From contig CP182352.1 in assembly GCA_048571215.1 (NCBI GenBank), positions 3,104,001 through 3,168,000 of the forward strand: 64,000 nt of DNA. The letters are read 5' to 3'. This stretch comes from Halarcobacter sp. GTDB taxonomy: Bacteria > Campylobacterota > Campylobacteria > Campylobacterales > Arcobacteraceae. How positions within the stretch are numbered: position 1 is the stretch's first letter; each line of letters starts with the position of its first letter. The position numbers were made by a program, and so were the translations under genes. Positions 1 through 9,707 of the stretch are shown piece by piece. The notes under the pieces were generated by a model. That model ran no database searches. It was not told the origin of the DNA and saw nothing but the letters and a program-made list of their open reading frames with translations.

Positions 1-1
1 A

Positions 2-196
2 AATAGAAGTAATGTAACAGCAGTAGAAACAAACAATAATAAAATATTAGTTCCACTGTCACAAATAAAAGAACAAACTGGTTCTTCTGATGTTAGAATT
101 AGACTAAGTGATAACTCTATGATTACTTTAGTTAATAATGCTATTAATCTACCGTCTGGTGTTGAACAAGAATTTTATGTAAATGAAAATAAATAA
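2..196 (+). CDS. 3' end of a probable TpsA/filamentous-haemagglutinin-like secreted protein (partial, runs off the window start)
   Basis: Open frame 2..196 reads NRSNVTAVET...DVRIRLSDNSMITLVNNAINLPSGVEQEFYVNENK*, ends 10 nt before a TpsB gene, and resembles C-termini of Arcobacter FHA-like proteins. Not in the ORF track. Confidence 0.6.
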   Translation, partial: NRSNVTAVETNNNKILVPLSQIKEQTGSSDVRIRLSDNSMITLVNNAINLPSGVEQEFYVNENK

Positions 197-206
197 GGAA
201 AAATAA

Positions 207-1892
207 ATGAAACTTTTAAACAAACTAATAACAATATCTTTTCTTAGTTCATCACTGCTTTTTGCAGTGAATGTTCCAAATGCTGGAACTATCTCTAAAG
301 ACCTTCAACTACCTAAAAATATCAAGAAAAATGAAAAAGGTTTAATTGAAGTAAATGGAGTAAAAAAAATAATACCTCCTATGAAAGATAATAAATCTGG
401 CAGAAAAGTTTTAGTAAATGATTTTAATATACAAGGTAATACAAAAATCTTAGAAGCAGAGTTATTAGATTTAATCAAACAGTATAAAAATAAGAAGTTA
501 TCATTTTATGATATGCAAGAAGTTGCACATATTATTACTAAACTTTATAGAACTAAAGGTTACTTTCTTGCAAGAGCATATATTCCAGTACAAGATATGA
601 AAGATGGTATTTTAAAAATAATTGTTATTGAAGGTGAATTTGGTAAATTTAATCTTGAAAATAAATCAAGAGTTAAAGATAGTATAATCCAAAATATCTT
701 TGATGAAGCAAAAAAAGATACCGTAATTTCAACATCTGCACTAGAGCGAAGTATGTTAATAGCAAATGATCTTTCAGGGGTATTTGTATCTAAAGCAGAT
801 GTAAAAGCAGGAAGTGAAGTAGGAAGTAGTGACTTTGATATAGAGACATCTCCTTTGTCAAATTATAACGGTTATATAATAGCAGATAACTATGGAAGTA
901 GATATACGGGACATAATAGAGTAATGGGTGGATTAACAGTAAATTCTCCATTTAAAATAGGTGATAAACTTTCATTTGTGGGATTGTTAAGTGAAGATAG
1001 TGACCTAAAATATATAGATAGTTCATATGAAACAATTCTTCATCCAAATGGATTAAAAGGTGGAATTGCTTACTCATATACAGGATATGAATTAAGTGAA
1101 GAGTTTGAAGAGTTAAATGCAAGAGGTTACTTAAAAGATATAAATGTAAACCTCTCTTATCCAATTATTAGACAAAGAGATAAAAACCTTTATGTAAGAT
1201 TTGACTTTGATAATAAAGATATAAAAGATGAGATAAGATCAACAGATACAAGTAGTAAAAAAGAGATAAATGTAGGAAGATTATCTTTGGATTATACAGA
1301 TTCGTCAGTTGTTAATTATATTTCAACAGAAACATCATTGTCTGTATCTTTAACTTATGGTAACTTAACATTTAAAAATGATAGTGATTTAGCAGATGAT
1401 AAAGCGGGAGCAGATACAAATGGGACTTATAAAAAGTTCAACCTAGAAGCATTTAAATCTATAGGTATTACTCCAAGATTATCATTAGAAGGTACATTTA
1501 AATACCAACACTCTTTTTCAAATAAAAACCTAGATGGAAGTGAAGACTTGTCAATAGGAGGAAGCCAAGGAGTAAAAGTATATCCAACAAGTGAAGTAAG
1601 TGCAGAAAATGGATATATTGCAACTGTAGAGGCAAAATATTTAATACCAACTTTCAATAATTATTCTCATAGTGTTGGAATCTTTTATGATAGAGCCAGA
1701 GCATATATGGCAAATAATACAAATGTAGATTTAGAAGATAGAAATTTACAAGATGTAGGTGTTTCATATTATGCTTCATATAAAGAGTTTTTCCTAAACT
1801 CTTATATGGCTTGGAAAGTTAATAGTAAAGATATAACAAGTGAACCAAACTATGGTTCTAAACTGTTAGTTCAAGTGGGTTGGATTTTTTAA
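207..1892 (+). CDS. ShlB/FhaC/HecB-family two-partner secretion outer-membrane transporter (TpsB)
   Basis: Signal peptide, POTRA motif (LYRTKGYFLARAYIPVQ), DNYGSRYTG, GGSQGVKVY loop-6-like motif, C-terminal aromatic beta-strand (VQVGWIF). Confidence 0.9.
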   Translation: MKLLNKLITISFLSSSLLFAVNVPNAGTISKDLQLPKNIKKNEKGLIEVNGVKKIIPPMKDNKSGRKVLVNDFNIQGNTKILEAELLDLIKQYKNKKLSFYDMQEVAHIITKLYRTKGYFLARAYIPVQDMKDGILKIIVIEGEFGKFNLENKSRVKDSIIQNIFDEAKKDTVISTSALERSMLIANDLSGVFVSKADVKAGSEVGSSDFDIETSPLSNYNGYIIADNYGSRYTGHNRVMGGLTVNSPFKIGDKLSFVGLLSEDSDLKYIDSSYETILHPNGLKGGIAYSYTGYELSEEFEELNARGYLKDINVNLSYPIIRQRDKNLYVRFDFDNKDIKDEIRSTDTSSKKEINVGRLSLDYTDSSVVNYISTETSLSVSLTYGNLTFKNDSDLADDKAGADTNGTYKKFNLEAFKSIGITPRLSLEGTFKYQHSFSNKNLDGSEDLSIGGSQGVKVYPTSEVSAENGYIATVEAKYLIPTFNNYSHSVGIFYDRARAYMANNTNVDLEDRNLQDVGVSYYASYKEFFLNSYMAWKVNSKDITSEPNYGSKLLVQVGWIF

Positions 1893-1919
1893 AGTAAAGC
1901 TTTTTAAAGGCTTTACTTT
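1891..1919. terminator. Probable bidirectional intrinsic terminator
   Basis: AAAGTAAAGC...GCTTTACTTT inverted repeat between convergent genes. Confidence 0.6.
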
Positions 1920-2540
1920 TTAAATCAAATCTGAAAAATCTTCATTTAAAATCAATAGTTTTTTCTCTTTTTTATTATAAATAAATCGTGGGTCTCTTTT
2001 TTGTATTGCTTTTAAAATTATAAGTTTTATATCTTTTTCTGTTTTATTTTTGCTTTTTAAATAAACAGTCAAATCATGTATAGAAAGATATTTATCTTCT
2101 GGTTTTTCTTTAAAACTATCTTCTGTCTTTTGATTTTTTTGTTCTATTTGGGGTTTGTATATTGATCTCATTTCATTAAATGCACTTTGAAGTAAATCAA
2201 TCTCTCTGTTAAAAACTCCAATAATTCTTTTTTGGTTTTTTTCTAGTCTTTTTATCTCAGAGATATATTGTTTTTTCATCCATTTTATTGAAGATTTTAA
2301 AAGTTCTATTTGCTCATCTTTCCCTTTTATTACATCTTTAAAAGTATCCACTTCCACAGGTGTAACTTCAACATTTTTATTGGATTGTGTTTTATCTTCA
2401 ACATGTTCACTTATATAAACATAAGTTTTCCCAGACTTTTTAATTGATTTTAATTGATTGTTTTTTATTCTGTAGTGTACCCCTTGTAAGGATAGTCCTA
2501 ATATTTGTGCAGCTTGAGTAGTAGTAACCAATCTCTCCAA
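1920..2540 (-). CDS. DNA-binding protein, N-terminal HTH (excisionase/MerR-like) plus coiled coil
   Basis: TTTQAAQILGLSLQGVHYRIK HTH pattern followed by heptad-rich KDEQIELLK...LEKNQ; TTG start. Confidence 0.7.
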   Translation of the reverse strand: MERLVTTTQAAQILGLSLQGVHYRIKNNQLKSIKKSGKTYVYISEHVEDKTQSNKNVEVTPVEVDTFKDVIKGKDEQIELLKSSIKWMKKQYISEIKRLEKNQKRIIGVFNREIDLLQSAFNEMRSIYKPQIEQKNQKTEDSFKEKPEDKYLSIHDLTVYLKSKNKTEKDIKLIILKAIQKRDPRFIYNKKEKKLLILNEDFSDLI

Positions 2541-2552
2541 GGGATTTCTCTT

Positions 2553-2930
2553 TTACATTTTTGAACTATCTATTTCTATAACTGTATGAACATTTCCACG
2601 GGGTTTAAAATCTGCAATAACCTTCATATATTTAGGTTGTAGTTTTTCATATAAAGTGTCAAATATCTCATTTGCAGAGTTTTCATGGGAAACTTCTCTG
2701 AACATAAATGTATTTATATAGATTTTCAATGCTTTTAATTCAATTACTAATTTATTAGGTATATATTCTAGTTTAATAGTAGCAAAATCAGGATATCCAC
2801 TTCTAGGACATTTTGCCATAAACTCTGGTAGTTCAATATTTATTGTGTAATTTTTTTCATGTTTATTTGGCCAGAAATTATCTTCACTATTAATATCAAA
2901 TTCAACTATCTCTTTTTCACCATATTTCAT
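2553..2930 (-). CDS. queF: NADPH-dependent 7-cyano-7-deazaguanine (preQ0) reductase, short type
   Basis: PEFMAKCPRSGYPDFA, ELKALK, SHE and PRG motifs of QueF. Confidence 0.95.
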   Translation of the reverse strand: MKYGEKEIVEFDINSEDNFWPNKHEKNYTINIELPEFMAKCPRSGYPDFATIKLEYIPNKLVIELKALKIYINTFMFREVSHENSANEIFDTLYEKLQPKYMKVIADFKPRGNVHTVIEIDSSKM

Positions 2931-3069
2931 TATATTTAAACCTTTGTATTTTGTGATAAAGTAGTTATTTTATCAAATTTTTACTAAAAATATTACAATT
3001 ACAACTAAAGCTATTTATAAGAGTCTATTATAGTACAATAGATTTATAATTTTTTATTATGGAGTGAAC

Positions 3070-4098
3070 ATGACAAGTGTATATGATATAGCAATTATTG
3101 GTGGAGGACCAGGAGGTATAGGAACAGCAATCGAAGCTGCCGTTCATGGAGTTGAGAATATCTTATTAATTGAAAAAGCAGATAATCACTCCAGTACTAT
3201 AAGAAAATTTTATAAAGATAATAAGCGAGTTGACAAGGATTGGAAAGGACAAAGTATAAATATAGAAGGTAATATCCCTTTTATGGATGGCACAAAAGAA
3301 ACCACATTAGACTTTTTTGACCAATTACTTGATGAAGAAAAAATTGATACAGCTTTTAATACAGAGGTTGAAAATATAATTAGAAATGAAGAAGAAAATC
3401 TATTTCTAATCACAACTGCATCTCAAAGTTTTAAGGCAAAGGCTGTTGTTATAACCATAGGAAAAATGGGTAAACCAAATAAACCAAAATACAAAATACC
3501 ACCTTCAATCAAAGAGTATGTTAATTTCAATCTAGATAAATGTCATGAGGGGGAAAAAATACTTGTAGTAGGTGGTGGAAATAGTGCAGCTGAATATGCC
3601 TATGAATTAGCAGATGAAAACAATACAGTCACTTTAGTTTATAGAAAAGATAAGTTTTCAAGACTTAATCCAGAAAACGAAGAGATCTTAAAATCTTATG
3701 ATGGTCAAGAGAAGTTAAGACTTCGACTAAATACAGATATTTTATCACTTGAAAATGAACACGGAAAAGTAAAAGTTACTTTTAATGATGGATATTACAC
3801 AATTTATGATAGAATTATTTTCGCAATTGGGGGAACAACTCCAATTGATTTTCTTAATAAAGTTGGAATTGAATTGAACAGTGATGGTAAACCTATATAT
3901 GATGAACACTATAGAACAAATATAGAAAATATGTATGTAGCAGGAGACATAGCCTTTAATACAGGTGGCTCTATAGCAGCTGCACTTAATCATGGTTACC
4001 ATATTGTAAACTCTTACTTAAAAAGAAGTGGCAAGATATATGCCCATACAGACAAAGTTGAAGAATTTTTTAATAATAACCCAAGCTTTAAGCACTAA
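3070..4098 (+). CDS. fqrB: Flavodoxin:quinone reductase FqrB (thioredoxin-reductase-like, no CXXC)
   Basis: GGGPGG and GGGNSA nucleotide-binding motifs; FYKDNKRVDKDWK, IGKMGKPNKP and GGSIAAALNHGY match the Helicobacter/Campylobacter FqrB pattern; GGAG precedes the ATG at 3070. Confidence 0.8.
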   Translation: MTSVYDIAIIGGGPGGIGTAIEAAVHGVENILLIEKADNHSSTIRKFYKDNKRVDKDWKGQSINIEGNIPFMDGTKETTLDFFDQLLDEEKIDTAFNTEVENIIRNEEENLFLITTASQSFKAKAVVITIGKMGKPNKPKYKIPPSIKEYVNFNLDKCHEGEKILVVGGGNSAAEYAYELADENNTVTLVYRKDKFSRLNPENEEILKSYDGQEKLRLRLNTDILSLENEHGKVKVTFNDGYYTIYDRIIFAIGGTTPIDFLNKVGIELNSDGKPIYDEHYRTNIENMYVAGDIAFNTGGSIAAALNHGYHIVNSYLKRSGKIYAHTDKVEEFFNNNPSFKH

Positions 4099-4104
4099 AT
4101 AATA

Positions 4105-4977
4105 ATGTTAGAAAAAAAGTCAAATCCTATACAACTTTTTATTCTAACAGTTGTTACACTTATTTTCCTATCAGCAAACTCTGTTTTTTGTAGAGCTGCA
4201 TTGGTTGATTTTAATATTGATGCCTTCTCTTTTACTTTTTTTAGACTTTTTTTTGGTGCTCTTACTTTAATACTTATTTTATTTTTTGTAAATAAAAACT
4301 TTAAATTAGAGGTAAAACCTAAAGGCAATTGGCTTAGTTCCTTTATGCTCTTTTTGTATGCAATCGCTTTTTCTTACTCCTATTTAAATATGGAAGCAGG
4401 GATTGGGACTTTGATATTATTTGCTGTGGTTCAATTAACCATGATAATAATTGCCATAATAAAAAAAGAGACACTAACTTTGAAAAAAGCTCTTGGAATA
4501 GTTATAGCTTTTTCTGGACTTGTTTATCTACTTTATCCAAGTGAAAACTTTTCTTTGTCACTTTTTCATGTATTTTTAATGATTATCTCTGGTATAGCTT
4601 GGGCTTTTTATACTATTCTTGGTAAAAAATCAACAAATGCCTTAAAAGATACAACAATAAACTTTACAAAAACAATTCCTTATTTAGTTTTATTTTTTAT
4701 ATTATTTGCAAATAATATACATATGAGTTTTCAAGGAGTTTTTTTAGCCTTTTTATCGGGAAGTGTAACTTCTGCTATTGGTTATGTACTTTGGTATTTG
4801 ATTTTAAGAAATATGGAAATTATCACTGCAAGTGTTATTCAACTAATAGTTCCTGTACTTGCAATAGTATTAAGTATAATCTTACTAGATGAGAAACTCA
4901 CCCCAACTCTTATAATCTCAACAAGTATGATTCTTGGTGGTATATTTATCTCAATTTATAAAAAAAGTTCCAATTGA
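4105..4977 (+). CDS. DMT/EamA family transporter
   Basis: About 10 TM helices in two EamA repeats (GIAWAFYTILGK, LLDEKLT). Confidence 0.9.
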   Translation: MLEKKSNPIQLFILTVVTLIFLSANSVFCRAALVDFNIDAFSFTFFRLFFGALTLILILFFVNKNFKLEVKPKGNWLSSFMLFLYAIAFSYSYLNMEAGIGTLILFAVVQLTMIIIAIIKKETLTLKKALGIVIAFSGLVYLLYPSENFSLSLFHVFLMIISGIAWAFYTILGKKSTNALKDTTINFTKTIPYLVLFFILFANNIHMSFQGVFLAFLSGSVTSAIGYVLWYLILRNMEIITASVIQLIVPVLAIVLSIILLDEKLTPTLIISTSMILGGIFISIYKKSSN

Positions 4978-5029
4978 TTTAATAAACTTTTCAAAAAATT
5001 ATATAATAATATAAAAAAAGGATTGAAAA

Positions 5030-5422
5030 ATGCCACACTTACAATTTGAAATTAATAAAAAAATTAACAATCAGACAAAAGATGAATTTGTAAATATCAT
5101 TAGAAAAACCTTTTCCGAAATAATGGATACAGGAACTGATCATATCGCTATTTCTATTAGAGAATATGATAAATACAACCTAACAATTGGCAGAGCAAAT
5201 CCAAAAGATGATATTTGTCTAATGAATTTAGATATTAGAGAGGGAAGAACTATAGAAAAAAGAAGAGAGTTAGCTTTGAGGTATATGTCAATTGTAAATG
5301 AACTCTTAGGTATTGATAATAGAAACCAATATATCACTTTTACTCAACATACAGGGGAAGATTTTCATCTTGTAGAGAGATATTTAGCATCTTGGGCTAG
5401 TGGGGAAGATCCACTTGCCTAA
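5030..5422 (+). CDS. Tautomerase-superfamily protein (MIF/CHMI-like)
   Basis: Catalytic N-terminal Pro (MPHLQ), GRTIEKRRELA beta-alpha-beta motif, 130 aa. Confidence 0.8.
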   Translation: MPHLQFEINKKINNQTKDEFVNIIRKTFSEIMDTGTDHIAISIREYDKYNLTIGRANPKDDICLMNLDIREGRTIEKRRELALRYMSIVNELLGIDNRNQYITFTQHTGEDFHLVERYLASWASGEDPLA

Positions 5423-5485
5423 ATAATAAAATTAAGTGAAAAGTGCCACTCAAATTTAAATAATCACCCAATACTTTTATAAGCT

Positions 5486-6517
5486 CTAACGTAAACTTTT
5501 TATAGTTTTTAATCGTTGACTTATCTTTTTTAAATAGGTCAATGCAAAATTATTTTTGGGTTCTTGCTGTAAAATTTTTATAAATATATTTTTAGCATTT
5601 TCAAAATCTTGATGATTATAATAATTTACACCTTTTTTTTGTAAGGTAACTATTGATTGATTTTCATCAAATTGTTTACAAATACTAATAATCTTTTTAG
5701 CCTCTTCATTATTTGAAGATTTACTTAATACATCCCTTGCAACTTTTGCTGCTTCACTATATCTTTTATATCGTATAAATGTTTTTGCTCTTTTTATATC
5801 ATTTGATAAATCAATTGCTTTTAAATAACCATTTACCATAGAATTTTTAGGATAAATTTTATATAAAGCACGTAGTGATCTCTTTGCCTTTTCATATTTA
5901 CCTAGATTGTATAATTTGATAGCTTCTAACAATAAACTATTATATCTATTTGCTAATACTCCTTTTGTCTCACTTATCAAAAAACTTTGACTGTCGTAGG
6001 CATATAAGTTATTATATGAATTTCTCAACTGAATGATATTTTCAATAGAACCATTAACATTTTTTAAATCTTCTTTTAATAGATTCTCTTTTTTAGACAA
6101 AAACTCTCTTATCTTAGGTTCGTTTTTTAATTTTTTAAAAATCTTTTTACTATTTTCATCAGGATTATTAATCATCACTCTATTTAATAAATGCAAAGCT
6201 TTTATCTTATCTTTTTTCAAATATTTTAAAGCTTTTTTATAATCAATTTTAGAAAAATATTTTGCTTTAGAATCCAGTTTCTCAAGATATTTTTTTGAAT
6301 AAAAATCTCTATTTTCATAAAAATTTATTTTTTTATATGTTTCTAAAGCCTCTTTATAATACCCTTTTTTATAACAATATCCTGCATAATTTTTATAATA
6401 GTTAATTTGGCTTAATACATTTTGGTATACATTTCTATCTGTTGTAGAAAGATTATTCATATTTGTACAAGCACTGAAAAAAACAACTACTACAATAATA
6501 AAATATAAATTTTTCAT
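5486..6517 (-). CDS. TPR-repeat lipoprotein
   Basis: Likely start MKNLYF at 6517, lipobox FFSAC, several TPR-like helix pairs (GKYEKAKRSLRALYKIYP; QDFENAKNIFIKILQQEPKN). Confidence 0.75.
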   Translation of the reverse strand: MKNLYFIIVVVVFFSACTNMNNLSTTDRNVYQNVLSQINYYKNYAGYCYKKGYYKEALETYKKINFYENRDFYSKKYLEKLDSKAKYFSKIDYKKALKYLKKDKIKALHLLNRVMINNPDENSKKIFKKLKNEPKIREFLSKKENLLKEDLKNVNGSIENIIQLRNSYNNLYAYDSQSFLISETKGVLANRYNSLLLEAIKLYNLGKYEKAKRSLRALYKIYPKNSMVNGYLKAIDLSNDIKRAKTFIRYKRYSEAAKVARDVLSKSSNNEEAKKIISICKQFDENQSIVTLQKKGVNYYNHQDFENAKNIFIKILQQEPKNNFALTYLKKISQRLKTIKSLR

Positions 6518-6527
6518 AATAAAAACC

Positions 6528-7979
6528 TTAAAAAATAACTTGACTAACTTCAATAGGCTTACTAAAACCTTTTACTGTAATCAACTCTTTTTCTTCAATT
6601 TTAAAAATATCTTTAAGCTCATTTGCAATATTTTCTTCTACCAAAATCTCATTTTCTTTTGCCAAAGAGCATAATCTTGATGCTAAATTTACACTTGAAC
6701 CTATAGAAGTAAAATCCATTCTATCTTTTGAACCAATATTTCCTACAATAACTTCACCTGTATTTATACCAATTCCTACCTCGCAAACTGACAATTTCAA
6801 CCTTTCTCTTTTTTTATTTTCTATATTAAGCGCTTTTTGTATTTGTATTGCACAATTAATAGCCTTTTGAATACTATCTTCACTAGAAAATGATGCCATA
6901 ATCTCATCTCCGACAAACTTATCAATATCTCCATCATTTTTTTCTATTATTTCTGCTTGTAAATTTAAATAAAAATTTACTATTTCAACAATTTCATCAG
7001 GTTTTTTTGTTTCACTCATTTTTGTAAAACCTCTAATATCAGAGAATAAAAAAGTCAACTTTCTATATTCACCACCTAATACCAAATCTGCTTTTCTATC
7101 TTTTTGTATCATATCAATAGTTGAATCAGAAACAAATTTTTCCATTTTTTCCCGCTCTCTTAGACCATTTATCATTCTATTAAAACTTTTTACTAATACA
7201 CCTATTTCATCTTTCGATTCAACTTTTAAATCAATATCAAGATTTCCTTTAGCAACACTATTTACAGCTTCAGAGATAGATAAAATAGGTTTAGTCAATC
7301 TCAATCCAACAAAATATACTATTATAATAAGTATCGATACCATAATAATAGTAAATAATATAGTGGTCAATATTGTTTTATTAATAACTTTATTTATTGC
7401 ATCTTTATCATAAAGTAAAACAATAGCTCCTAAAAGTAGATTTTGTTCTTTAAACTTATAAATAATTGGTCTTACAAACCGATAGGCTTCAATATCTTTA
7501 CCATTCTCTTCATATTCAATCTCATCCACTAATAAATTATTATTTTTGATACTATCTAATTTATCAATTAATTCTTTGTTTTCTAAATATTTTATTTGTT
7601 TGTATTGTTTAAACCCTGCAAGATAAACAAACTTGTAAGATTGTTCTTTTTTTTCTCTTTCATATACTGAAATATCTAAAAAACCATCTATTTTAGCATC
7701 ATTTAATTCTTTTATAATCTCACTTAGGTTTACTTGATTTTCATAACTACGTTCCAAAAGAGCTATTTTTGAAAAATCCCCTAAATGGTTTATAGAACTT
7801 GTTGTCACTTCAAAAGCTTTTTTTTCTATGGCATCACCCATTATATTAATAATTATTGTACTTAAAATAAAGACAGTAATTATTATTATACTTACTGAAA
7901 AGCCGATGAATTTTAATTTTAATCCACCCTTTTTTAAAAAACTATATAAATTTAATATGATTTTTTCTTTAATTTTCAA
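6528..7979 (-). CDS. Membrane-bound class III adenylate cyclase (2 TM, periplasmic domain, HAMP)
   Basis: FSDIRGFT, DKFVGDEIMA, GEVIVGNIG, DFTSIGSSVNLASRL; HAMP DEIGVLVKSFNRM. Confidence 0.92.
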   Translation of the reverse strand: MKIKEKIILNLYSFLKKGGLKLKFIGFSVSIIIITVFILSTIIINIMGDAIEKKAFEVTTSSINHLGDFSKIALLERSYENQVNLSEIIKELNDAKIDGFLDISVYEREKKEQSYKFVYLAGFKQYKQIKYLENKELIDKLDSIKNNNLLVDEIEYEENGKDIEAYRFVRPIIYKFKEQNLLLGAIVLLYDKDAINKVINKTILTTILFTIIMVSILIIIVYFVGLRLTKPILSISEAVNSVAKGNLDIDLKVESKDEIGVLVKSFNRMINGLREREKMEKFVSDSTIDMIQKDRKADLVLGGEYRKLTFLFSDIRGFTKMSETKKPDEIVEIVNFYLNLQAEIIEKNDGDIDKFVGDEIMASFSSEDSIQKAINCAIQIQKALNIENKKRERLKLSVCEVGIGINTGEVIVGNIGSKDRMDFTSIGSSVNLASRLCSLAKENEILVEENIANELKDIFKIEEKELITVKGFSKPIEVSQVIF

Positions 7980-8269
7980 TTTTTTTGCCTATTAATAATA
8001 ATTCAATTATAACATTTAAAAGTAACATTATGGTAAAAAAATCTGTTTAAATAAAATAAATAATTTTATAATCAACTATAATACTGGTATTTTGTCAATG
8101 AAAATTTTAATAATAACTGAAAAGAGTATAATCTATGCCCATAAAAAATTTTAAATTAAATAAAAATGATTTTATTTAAATAAATAAAAACCTTAGTTAT
8201 AATACAATATTATAATTAACTTTAATAAAGATTTTAATATTATTATAATACTAAATCTAAAGGATAGTA

Positions 8270-9631
8270 GTGGAAAATGATATCGAAGATAAACTCTTTT
8301 ATAGTTTTGAAAAAAAAATAGAAAAATTCAAAAAAAATCCTAAACAATACCACTTTAAGATTGAAGATAGAATAATAAGGCAAGTTTACAATTCCGCGCA
8401 ATCATTTTTTATCTATTTTCTTATAGCCTTAGTATTAAATATATTAGGATTTATCTTATTTAATCTAGCAGAAGACAAATCAGATATCACCAGTTTATTA
8501 GCTATATCTTGCCTTTTCTTAACAGTAGCAACTAGAAACTATAGTGTAAACTATTTTTTATTTCATACTCTAGGGAATCTTGTCAAAAACTACCTTTTAG
8601 ATCAACTTGCAAACAAAATCGGATTTTTACATAGATTTATGGCTATCTCTACTCTTTTTTGGACTTATTTACACTTTAGCTTTACAGATACCAATAATCT
8701 TCTAAAAAACTCTCTAATCTTGATACTGATTTTTTTATTAATCATCATATTGACTGCTTTTGCAGGTTTTAGAAGAAAACATCATGATATATTTGAAAAT
8801 ATTCATAGATATTTAGGTTATACAACTATTTTTATATTGATTGTTTATTATTTTAAATTAAATAGCTTAAATGGTTTAGCAATAGCTGATATAGTTACGA
8901 AACCCCACTTTATTTTATTAACATTTATTGTAATAATGTTAATCACTCCATGGGTTGGTGTAAAAAAAATATATCCAAAACTATTACATAAAAATGAACA
9001 TGTAATAGCCATACAAATAAAAGGTGCTCCAAGTTTTGGTACCTACTCAAAAATCTCCCTTGCAAATGGTCAATTTCATCCATTTGGTGATTCAATCTAT
9101 GATTTTGATGATATGAAAAATCGTACCTTATATATAACTCCATCTGGAGATAGAACAACAAAGATTATAAACGAAACAAATAATGGTAATTTTTTATTAA
9201 ATGAATGTACCATCAAAAAAGATAGATTTCATGGATTTATGTATCAATCTTCAAGATATAATCATATCTTAATAGTAGTTACAGGAGGAGGGATAGCACC
9301 GATTATTCCTTGTTTAGCGTTAAACAAAAAAACAAAATTTGACCTACTTTGGATAGGTCGATCACAAAAAAAAGTATTTGGAAAAAAACTTTTAAATAAA
9401 GTTAAAGATATGATTTCACAAAGAGACATAAGATTACATATTTTGGATACTACAGATGATGATTTGAAAAGATTAACAAATAAAAATTATGTCTCGTTGG
9501 CAATAAAAGCATACAAACACTACAATCCAGAAGCTGTATTTATTATGTCTAATCAGAACCTTACAGTTGATATGATTCATGCTTTCAATGAAAGAAGTAT
9601 AAGAACATATGGAGCAACATTTGATTCATAA
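8270..9631 (+). CDS. Integral membrane flavoprotein with ferric-reductase-like TM domain and FNR-like NAD-binding domain (TmpA-like)
   Basis: About 6 TM; LHR and FRRKHHDIFENIHRYLG His motifs; FHPF; VTGGGIAP; C-terminal VFIMSN...RTYGATFDS. Confidence 0.7.
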   Translation: MENDIEDKLFYSFEKKIEKFKKNPKQYHFKIEDRIIRQVYNSAQSFFIYFLIALVLNILGFILFNLAEDKSDITSLLAISCLFLTVATRNYSVNYFLFHTLGNLVKNYLLDQLANKIGFLHRFMAISTLFWTYLHFSFTDTNNLLKNSLILILIFLLIIILTAFAGFRRKHHDIFENIHRYLGYTTIFILIVYYFKLNSLNGLAIADIVTKPHFILLTFIVIMLITPWVGVKKIYPKLLHKNEHVIAIQIKGAPSFGTYSKISLANGQFHPFGDSIYDFDDMKNRTLYITPSGDRTTKIINETNNGNFLLNECTIKKDRFHGFMYQSSRYNHILIVVTGGGIAPIIPCLALNKKTKFDLLWIGRSQKKVFGKKLLNKVKDMISQRDIRLHILDTTDDDLKRLTNKNYVSLAIKAYKHYNPEAVFIMSNQNLTVDMIHAFNERSIRTYGATFDS

Positions 9632-9707
9632 TTAAAAACTTTACTAAAACTGTCTCATTTATTTTTTATAATATTTAACTATAATTAAAAAAAATAAAAG
9701 GATTACT

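Noticed and set aside
1920..2540. Excisionase marking a prophage or ICE
   Set aside because: No integrase, att-like repeat or phage gene is nearby; the gene follows queF closely.
2931..3063. Possible preQ1 riboswitch upstream of queF
   Set aside because: No preQ1-I stem with the GTTC/CCC core and A-rich tail is visible on the minus strand; the region looks like a plain divergent promoter.
3070..4098. Calling this gene trxB
   Set aside because: There is no CXXC redox motif; the sequence fits FqrB.
7980..8269. 290-bp very AT-rich intergenic region as a possible sRNA or origin
   Set aside because: No stable GC-containing stem, terminator or DnaA-box cluster; consistent with divergent promoters.
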